Shown here: positions 57,599 through 64,000 of the stretch, in pieces | Position numbering within the stretch: position 1 is the first letter of the stretch | How the letters are laid out: every line of letters starts with the position of its first letter | From: a phage | DNA: 64,000 nt | Sequence record: PZ445134.1 | Direction: 5' to 3' (one strand) | Notes under the pieces: generated by a model | The model's input: the letters and a program-made list of their open reading frames with translations, nothing else | Database searches by the model: none | Told to the model about the DNA's origin: nothing | Made by a program: the position numbers and the translations under genes

Positions 57599-57628
57599 AT
57601 TATACTCCAACCGTCCTTGGTTGTAAAC
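57599..57628 (-). promoter_or_regulatory. early-type promoter cassette (GTTTAC...CCAAGGACGGTTGG...TATAAT)
   Basis: near-identical to cassette at 15535 and 58592. Confidence 0.5.
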
Positions 57629-57632
57629 TGAT

Positions 57633-58565
57633 TTATGATTTTAATGCATTCATTGCGTTAAAAAGTTTAGAGTACTGCAACTGGAGCTTGGTAACTACTT
57701 GTTGAGCATCACGAAGCTTAGCTTGTGCTTTGTCAAGTTCAACAGACAGTTGGTCCACAGTGGCTTTGATTTGATTATAATAGTAATCTTCGGCAGGAAG
57801 AAGACCGTTAGAGATTTCCAGTTTAGTCGACGGTGTGCCGTTAAACATAACAGGTTGTGCTGAAGCTGCATTAATCTTACCGATAGTCGGGGCGACAATA
57901 ATTGACGCTTCGAACGTTGCATTTTCCTTTTTAAGATTTTTATAATATTCAGAGTCTTTGTGCCACCATGGCGCAGGAACCTTTTTACCAATAGATACAC
58001 GAGCCTGGATAGCGATATGGCCCTTATTCTTGATAACGTCGATAATATTAAGCTCACGAGAATAAATTGCTTTAATCTGGTGAATATTATCACCTAACAC
58101 TTCCAACGCTTGGTGGAATACACGAGCAACGTTATCATTCTTAGGTTTATACGTAAGAGTGAACTCATTCTCACTGATAACCATGATTTCTAACTTATCG
58201 TAAGTATATTTCAAATGTTTCATGTTAATTGCTTGAGGACGAATACGAGAAGCAATGGCCATCAAATTGTTAAGGTTATTCCGGAACTGCTTAGCGAAAT
58301 ATTGTCCTTCACCGCCAATACAAAAATTACGAAGTTTCTGTTTGGCTAATAAACGGCTGAACTCACCATTTTTAATGAACTCTTTAACAGGTGTGTTAGT
58401 AACGCATTCAAATTGAGTAAACTTACGAGAAGTAATCCCATAATATGAACAGATTTCCTCAATCTCTTCAGGGGTCTTTACAGGCATACGGATAGGATTA
58501 GGTCCTGGAGTATATGCGTTCGAGGTAAATTCTTTGATAAGTTCTCTACGTGTAATAAAAGCCAT
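57633..58565 (-). CDS. hypothetical protein with C-terminal coiled coil (310 aa)
   Basis: ORF track; promoter cassette upstream. Confidence 0.5.
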   Translation of the reverse strand: MAFITRRELIKEFTSNAYTPGPNPIRMPVKTPEEIEEICSYYGITSRKFTQFECVTNTPVKEFIKNGEFSRLLAKQKLRNFCIGGEGQYFAKQFRNNLNNLMAIASRIRPQAINMKHLKYTYDKLEIMVISENEFTLTYKPKNDNVARVFHQALEVLGDNIHQIKAIYSRELNIIDVIKNKGHIAIQARVSIGKKVPAPWWHKDSEYYKNLKKENATFEASIIVAPTIGKINAASAQPVMFNGTPSTKLEISNGLLPAEDYYYNQIKATVDQLSVELDKAQAKLRDAQQVVTKLQLQYSKLFNAMNALKS

Positions 58566-58591
58566 TTTATATTCCTCGTGTTGAAAAATTT

Positions 58592-58621
58592 ATTATACTC
58601 CAACCATCCTTGGTTGTACAT
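58592..58621 (-). promoter_or_regulatory. early-type promoter cassette (variant -35 TGTACA)
   Basis: minus strand GTACAACCAAGGATGGTTGGAGTATAAT. Confidence 0.45.
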
Positions 58622-59616
58622 CATTCCTTAAGAAGTTTTACTACTTGAATAAGATTAGCTCGTTCTGTTTTATTTTTACCATTTAAGCCTGCTAATCGTG
58701 AGATTTCATCGTCAGTCTGTTGAATAGTTACATTAAGTTCGTTAATCAAAGCTTCAAAGTATTTGATTTGCTCAGCATGTTTTGATTCAAATTTCTGAAC
58801 CGGAATAACGTCTTGGTTCAGTTCATCAATAAGGACTTTAAGAGCATCTTCTTGGTTGATATCGTATTCAATTTCTTTTATTTCTTCAACGAGCTCGTCT
58901 TTATATCTAACGTCTTTTAGTCCTGGTGCTGGTCCTGAAATCTCTTCTTTAAGAGTGCAAACATATCCAATACGGTATCCAATGCCGTCTCGCTTGATAT
59001 CAACTTCGTCAATAAATCCACAATGTTTAAGACCAGAGCCGATTATGTCAAAATATCCTTGACGTCGTCCTTCAAACGTTACACGAACTACTAAGACAGT
59101 TTTACCACCGACCTTTTGAAGCTCACATTTATAAAAGTTTGTTGAACCTGAATAACGTGGATGAGTTTTAAAGTTCATCTGACGATCTAGGCCCATTTGT
59201 AAGCGTGCTGATACGGCCATAAAACGTGTTTGGTTCTCGTTAAGATGAGCAACAATCCATTTCAAAGGCATTTTACACTGTTCACGACCGAACAAATCAG
59301 TACGTCCTAGATTACGCAGGATGTTGTTAGAGTTAATCATCGACAGAACGTTAAGTTTATTCAGCGCGCTGAAGATTCCATCGGCCATTGATTTTCCGTA
59401 ACCTTTACACGCTTTAATAAGCGCTCGCGGTAGATTAGTATAGATTTCAGACGGCATATGAAAATCAAATTTACTAGTCAGTAATTGATGAACTTGGATA
59501 GCAATTTGCTCATAATTAAGTGCTCTGCGATCATTATGATCTTTAAACCACACTTTAATCTGTGAAGCACATAAACCGTTAATTTCATGTTTTACCGCAT
59601 CAGATGTAATGCTCAT
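58621..59616 (-). CDS. hypothetical protein with C-terminal coiled coil (331 aa)
   Basis: ORF track; promoter cassette upstream. Confidence 0.5.
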   Translation of the reverse strand: MSITSDAVKHEINGLCASQIKVWFKDHNDRRALNYEQIAIQVHQLLTSKFDFHMPSEIYTNLPRALIKACKGYGKSMADGIFSALNKLNVLSMINSNNILRNLGRTDLFGREQCKMPLKWIVAHLNENQTRFMAVSARLQMGLDRQMNFKTHPRYSGSTNFYKCELQKVGGKTVLVVRVTFEGRRQGYFDIIGSGLKHCGFIDEVDIKRDGIGYRIGYVCTLKEEISGPAPGLKDVRYKDELVEEIKEIEYDINQEDALKVLIDELNQDVIPVQKFESKHAEQIKYFEALINELNVTIQQTDDEISRLAGLNGKNKTERANLIQVVKLLKE

Positions 59617-59651
59617 ATCTATTTCCTCAGATTGAATTGGAACTCAAAACC

Positions 59652-59675
59652 ATTATAACCCGTCCTTGGGTAAAG
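59652..59675 (-). promoter_or_regulatory. early-type promoter cassette variant (CTTTAC...CCCAAGGACGGGT...TATAAT)
   Basis: same architecture as 57599 with substitutions on both arms of the spacer palindrome. Confidence 0.45.
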
Positions 59676-59678
59676 CGT

Positions 59679-60206
59679 TTATGCGTGAACCGTCTTTAAA
59701 CGTTCTTCAAATTTCCGAAGAGTACTAATACGTTCTGCTTTCTGTTTTGTATAGTTTGCAATACGTTCTGAAGTGAGAGCGTATCGTTCATTTACTGTTT
59801 CTTTCATGAAGTCAGGGATTTCACGAGAAGCTTTAATTTCATCAAACTTATCGAGTACTGCCTGGTCTTCAGCGATTAAATTTTCGTACATCTCGATATC
59901 TTTCTTGATAAACTCGATATCTTCCTGGGTTACTTTGGATAAACGAGATGCTTTATCCTTTTTGTACTGCTCGTTAGTTTCACGAGACCAGAATAATGTA
60001 CGTTTTTTGTTAGTGTTTTTGTAGACTTCCACAATTCCAACTGAATCGATGATAGCAATCCAATTCCAGCGAGATTTGAAAATCTGACCTCCATCCACGG
60101 TAATCTCGTTACCATAAGCAACGTCATTAAAGAACTTGCTTTGTGCTTCAGATTTAAATTTACCGTCGTTATAATTTACCAGGTTGAAAATATCTTTAGC
60201 GTTCAT
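59679..60206 (-). CDS. hypothetical protein (175 aa)
   Basis: ORF track; promoter cassette at ~60215-60260. Confidence 0.5.
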   Translation of the reverse strand: MNAKDIFNLVNYNDGKFKSEAQSKFFNDVAYGNEITVDGGQIFKSRWNWIAIIDSVGIVEVYKNTNKKRTLFWSRETNEQYKKDKASRLSKVTQEDIEFIKKDIEMYENLIAEDQAVLDKFDEIKASREIPDFMKETVNERYALTSERIANYTKQKAERISTLRKFEERLKTVHA

Positions 60207-60264
60207 GTTTTACCTCCAGTAGTTGATAGGTCTATAATAACATAACCATAGACCTTGTAAACAA

Positions 60265-60552
60265 CTAAAAGAAACTTTTTTCGGTATTTTTTCCACTGAA
60301 CCAAACCGATTTCGGAATTTTCTGTAATTTTTCAGATTTAAGTTTCTCTTCCTGTTCTTTCTTATATGCATCCTTGTCGTACTGGAACAACTCTAAGGCA
60401 TTCTTTTGTAGACGGTCTAAGGTAATTAAGGCTTTAGTTTTTCCTTTCAAGGAAGAGTCCTGGCGAACCTCCTCGCTATATTGCATCGTAGAACTAACCA
60501 TACGATGAGCATACAGTTCGACTGCGGCTTTAATTTTTTGCATAAAATCCAT
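60265..60552 (-). CDS. hypothetical basic protein (95 aa)
   Basis: ORF track; overlapping alternative ORF 60447..60653 not resolved. Confidence 0.35.
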   Translation of the reverse strand: MDFMQKIKAAVELYAHRMVSSTMQYSEEVRQDSSLKGKTKALITLDRLQKNALELFQYDKDAYKKEQEEKLKSEKLQKIPKSVWFSGKNTEKSFF

Positions 60553-60690
60553 AACATAGCCTCTTTGATTTGTACAACATTATTTTTAAATATTTCTATG
60601 CCCTCAGTAGGTTCCTGGTGTCCTTCTTTGAGGTAAGCCATATGATTATTCATCTTTATGGCTTTTGTTACCTCAGAACTTCCTATAAGC

Positions 60691-61692
60691 TTATTTCAGT
60701 AAAGTAACTTCCGAGATTTCCTCCCAACCATCTTTATCAGTTGAAATAAAATCTGCTACGTAAAGAGCCGTACGTAATGATACATTGCGAAGACGAGATA
60801 CGTTAGCCTTCATCCAGGACAATGCTTTATACGTTTCTGCATCTGTCAGACCACGTTTCTGCATCATGTCAGTAGATAATATTACATCTTCAACTCGAAC
60901 CATAATCTCTTCATTAGAGTGTACTCCAAGGTCGAGATACACTGAACGAGATACTAAAGCTTGAAGGTGCGGGGCAAGCTTCGAACCGCGTTCTAACTCT
61001 TTATCGATATCAACGTTTGTAATGAAAACGATAGTACCTTCAAACTCAAATTCTTTATCAATACCCTTATCATCGAGATAAGATGACGCAGTGCTCCAGC
61101 AAACTTTGCGTTTATCTCCGGTATCTAATGCTGCTTTAAGAAGGTTCAAGATGTCCATATCTGAGAATACGTCAACGTCGTCGATTAAGAGAACGCTGTC
61201 TGCATCACGGTTGAGCCAAAGTTGTTCGTAAAGGCCAATACCGGAGATTTTACCATTAATGCTTTTGTATTTGATGAAACCATTATCATTAGCATTATTA
61301 AGTGCTTTATCCAGAGAATACGTCTTACCAATACCAGCTGCACCTGAAATAATGAGTGAACGAATTTTGCCATCGATAATGCCATTCGTCATCATGTTCA
61401 TTACTTTAAAGCGTTTGTTGATACGAGTTTTCATATCTTCAGTGCTTTCAACAACTGAAACTGGTGACGTCTCAGCTCCTTCCATTACGATGTCTGATTT
61501 GAAGACCCATACTCCACGTTCAGAACCATCAATCATAACGAAAATTTTACCATCACCTAAGTGGGAACATTCAGGATTAAGCTTTGCCGGAAACCATGTC
61601 TTTGTGGCAACATAAGAACCAGAGATTTCGTTATTACGATAGATACCTTTTTTGATTTGAACGTTGAACATTTTATTCTCCAATTTACTCAT
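60691..61692 (-). CDS. P-loop NTPase (Walker A/B) of unknown function
   Basis: 333 aa; Walker A GAAGIGKT, Walker B-like VLLIDDVD. Confidence 0.55.
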   Translation of the reverse strand: MSKLENKMFNVQIKKGIYRNNEISGSYVATKTWFPAKLNPECSHLGDGKIFVMIDGSERGVWVFKSDIVMEGAETSPVSVVESTEDMKTRINKRFKVMNMMTNGIIDGKIRSLIISGAAGIGKTYSLDKALNNANDNGFIKYKSINGKISGIGLYEQLWLNRDADSVLLIDDVDVFSDMDILNLLKAALDTGDKRKVCWSTASSYLDDKGIDKEFEFEGTIVFITNVDIDKELERGSKLAPHLQALVSRSVYLDLGVHSNEEIMVRVEDVILSTDMMQKRGLTDAETYKALSWMKANVSRLRNVSLRTALYVADFISTDKDGWEEISEVTLLK

Positions 61693-61709
61693 TTCGTTTC
61701 GATAGGTTT

Positions 61710-61738
61710 ATAATAACATGTTTAAAGCAAAAGTAAAC
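61710..61738 (-). promoter_or_regulatory. early/middle promoter with exact MotA-box TTTGCTTTA
   Basis: minus strand GTTTACTTTTGCTTTAAACATGTTATTAT; ATG of downstream gene only ~12 nt after predicted start site. Confidence 0.5.
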
Positions 61739-61740
61739 AA

Positions 61741-61959
61741 TTATTTGCGACGAGATTTTTTGGTAAGAGGTTGAAAGAACACTGCTTTACCTGCAGGAGT
61801 CAAAGTAACTCGTAATGCATTACCGATTCCCAAGGATGCTTTAACAAGACCTTTAGATTTCAGTTCACCGAATGCTTGACGTTGGTCTGCATCACGAGTG
61901 TTAACCATAAGACCTTTATCACCAGCTTCACGAATCATTTCTAACATTTTGGTTTTCAT
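61741..61959 (-). CDS. hypothetical basic protein (~72 aa)
   Basis: ORF track 61741..62016; internal Met after RBS AGAGGAA. Confidence 0.4.
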   Translation of the reverse strand: MKTKMLEMIREAGDKGLMVNTRDADQRQAFGELKSKGLVKASLGIGNALRVTLTPAGKAVFFQPLTKKSRRK

Positions 61960-62063
61960 TTTGTTCTCCTCTTGTTTTGATAGGTCTATAATAACATATC
62001 CTAAAAGTATGTACACTACTTTTTAAAAATATTTTGACCCCCTAAAGGGCCCTAAGGCCCTTA

Positions 62064-63053
62064 TCATTTATAGTATGAATTGTGGTTTTCTAAGTAGACT
62101 TGCTCAAGGAAGTCATCCCAGAAACTCATATCTACTTTTTGCTGCATACCATTCTTGGAAGCTTGTTCTGACGCATGTTCAACTTGGTCAACGATATCTT
62201 CTAGGAATTCTTGTACAGTTTTAAACGTATGTTTACCAAGCTTAACATCGAGAATAAATGGAGCATCCTGAAGTGGGTAAACCAGGTCGCCGGTTTTGTA
62301 AATTTCCAATAGTTGAAGTCCACCGCGACATGCATGACTCAGTGCTTTCCAGTCAATACCTTCGTTAGCTTCTGCCTTACGAGCACGTTCACCATAGTTC
62401 TCTTCCAGTTTAACCAGGATGGCATTGAACTCTTTATTGGTTAATGTGTCTTGGAATTTACGGTCCAACAGATTATAGAATGTTTGCTTACCTGTTTTCT
62501 CGTTTTCGGTTTCAACCCATGAAGCAAATTCACCTACAGGCAGAACATTCTTCATATGTGATAAACGAATTACTGCACCATTATCAAAGTATTGTCCCCA
62601 TTCATTAGAACGTTTAAGGGCTTGTCGAAGAACAGCCAGTCGAGAACCCTTGACACCATATTTAGAAGCTTGCTTACGGACATACCCTAAATAAGATTTC
62701 ATGTTAGTAGTATAGAAACGAGACCTGTTATCTTGAATATACTTCCACACGTCAGGCAAATCAGATTTAACTACTAAACTTGGTGGAGTGTGAAGCATAT
62801 CTAATGCGACAGTTTCACCATCCGCAGCTAGTTTAAAGAAATATTTGAGACTATACAACTCATGGTCCACGTCGTCTTTTGTGTTCTTAGAAGATGTGTT
62901 ATTCGTGTTCTTGCTCATATGTTCTTTAACGTTACCGGTCAAGATGTCACGAGCATGAGGGACATAAATTTCTTTAAAATCGACGTCAGATTCAGGAGTA
63001 GACGTTCCATAAAGGTGGCTACCAAAGTAGCCTTTCATAATTGTTTTCATCAT
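62064..63053 (-). CDS. predicted nucleotidyltransferase-fold protein (pol-beta superfamily-like)
   Basis: 329 aa; N-terminal GS-x9-DVDF (YFGSHLYGTSTPESDVDF) fits the minimal NTase motif hG[GS]...[DE]h[DE]h. Confidence 0.5.
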   Translation of the reverse strand: MMKTIMKGYFGSHLYGTSTPESDVDFKEIYVPHARDILTGNVKEHMSKNTNNTSSKNTKDDVDHELYSLKYFFKLAADGETVALDMLHTPPSLVVKSDLPDVWKYIQDNRSRFYTTNMKSYLGYVRKQASKYGVKGSRLAVLRQALKRSNEWGQYFDNGAVIRLSHMKNVLPVGEFASWVETENEKTGKQTFYNLLDRKFQDTLTNKEFNAILVKLEENYGERARKAEANEGIDWKALSHACRGGLQLLEIYKTGDLVYPLQDAPFILDVKLGKHTFKTVQEFLEDIVDQVEHASEQASKNGMQQKVDMSFWDDFLEQVYLENHNSYYK

Positions 63054-63523
63054 TTAGCCTTATATTCAAGAGTAGGACAGACTTTTTCTTTACGAGCTTT
63101 AAGGTATTCACCTATTAATGATTTCTTACGTTCAATAGGTTCAAGTCCATTTTTAATTCGTTCTTGGTTTTGTGCAATGAACTCAATTTCTTTATAATAT
63201 TTTCTGTCGTTATATTTGTCTAACAACCAAGACGGACCAATTACCAACACGGTAGCAATAAAAGCCATGACTGCTACAATTAAAATGCCTACACCAATTG
63301 AGGCTGGAACTAATGTCCATAGACTGCTAAAAACAAAGAATTTAGTTAAAATTTCCTGGCCAATGATTGTTACTGCTGCTAAAATCGCAAATCCAATAAT
63401 TGAAACAGCCAATACTGGGATTAACGTTTTCCAAAAATAAGCACACAACGTTTTCGGGCGATTCCATGTACTATTGAACGCGGCATAAATTTTAAAGTGC
63501 CAAGAGTTTTCATTGATAATCAT
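63050..63523 (-). CDS. membrane protein (157 aa, 2-3 TM segments)
   Basis: ORF track; hydrophobic core. Confidence 0.45.
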   Translation of the reverse strand: MIINENSWHFKIYAAFNSTWNRPKTLCAYFWKTLIPVLAVSIIGFAILAAVTIIGQEILTKFFVFSSLWTLVPASIGVGILIVAVMAFIATVLVIGPSWLLDKYNDRKYYKEIEFIAQNQERIKNGLEPIERKKSLIGEYLKARKEKVCPTLEYKAK

Positions 63524-63532
63524 AATAATTCC

Positions 63533-64000
63533 TTATTTCAAAGTCGGGATAATAGAATCAAGATAAGCTTTAAGAGCAACTGCTTCATCTTTGTCTAATG
63601 TAACGATATGTTGACGAAGGTCATCAATTTGACGAATAACTACGACATCACCATCTTCATAAGAAGGATTAACGCCTAAGACCGTTGTAGAGTCAGGGTT
63701 GGCTGGATTTGTAATAAAAGCATTACGGCATTTAGCCCATTGAAGTTTGGCCTTTTTGGCTGTTTCAGATTCCACGAATTCTTTCACCTTAGTGACGAAT
63801 GTTTTCCAATTATTAATAGAAAAACATTCGTCTTCAGTTTCGATATTAACACCACTATAAAGTCCATGATAAAAACGAACTTGAAGGTCTTCGTCAATGT
63901 TAATTACAGATGCATGGCCTGGTGGATTGAGTTTCAAAATCTTGTCAAGTTCCATAGGAAGAATAGTAGCAGCATCATCTTCTTGTGTCAGAACATACAC
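63533..64000 (-). CDS. hypothetical protein, 5'-truncated at window edge
   Basis: ORF runs to the window end; true start lies outside. Confidence 0.45.
   Translation of the reverse strand: MYVLTQEDDAATILPMELDKILKLNPPGHASVINIDEDLQVRFYHGLYSGVNIETEDECFSINNWKTFVTKVKEFVESETAKKAKLQWAKCRNAFITNPANPDSTTVLGVNPSYEDGDVVVIRQIDDLRQHIVTLDKDEAVALKAYLDSIIPTLK

Noticed and set aside
15535-61738. Recurrent ~40-bp near-identical elements, considered as a possible CRISPR array or MITE-like repeat
   Set aside because: Copies are separated by whole genes at irregular distances, each sits just upstream of a gene start, and each contains -35/-10 hexamers at sigma70 spacing; these are promoter cassettes, not CRISPR repeats
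1-64000. tRNA, rRNA or other structured ncRNA genes
   Set aside because: No cloverleaf-like or rRNA-like segments were noticed and coding density is very high; the scan was by eye only, so a small RNA in the few >150-bp gaps (e.g. 9595-9686, 22428-22502, 30390-30488, 36221-36401) cannot be excluded without tRNAscan/Infernal

Overview
This window reads as a contiguous stretch of a T4-like (Tevenvirinae) phage genome. From memory, the 903-aa DNA polymerase and several other proteins look like the RB69 group, but no database search was run. Almost every gene is on the minus strand, in T4 order: motA, 52, ndd, denB, rIIB, rIIA, 39 (unsplit 39+60), dexA, dda, srd, modA/modB, soc, 56, 61, 41, uvsX, 42, 43, regA, 62, 44, 45, rpbA, 46, 47, 55, nrdH, nrdG, nrdD, 49, nrdC, followed by a variable region of hypothetical genes. 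Intergenic regions carry repeated T4-type early/middle promoter cassettes (GTTTAC -35, often a MotA-box-like TGCTT(T/C)A, TATAAT/TATTAT -10), two TATAAATA late promoters, and UUCG-tetraloop terminators. nrdD is interrupted by a ~1 kb group I intron encoding a GIY-YIG homing endonuclease. The most interesting content is at the loci where T4 carries its glucosyltransferases, dam and imm. Here they are replaced by a GT-B glycosyltransferase (after rIIA.1), a P-loop kinase plus a 299-aa unknown (between uvsX and 42), and a four-gene block between 42 and 43: a Cys-rich protein, a HAD phosphatase, a fused RmlA-like nucleotidyltransferase/APH-like kinase, and a SIS sugar-phosphate isomerase. Together these look like a phage-encoded NDP-pentose (arabinose-type) pathway for hypermodifying 5-hydroxymethylcytosine DNA. 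Arabinosyl-hmC has been reported for RB69-type phages, as I recall, but the enzymology is not established; I cannot tell from sequence whether this instance is already described. All coordinates for promoters, terminators, intron boundaries and refined start codons were derived by hand and may be off by a few nucleotides.
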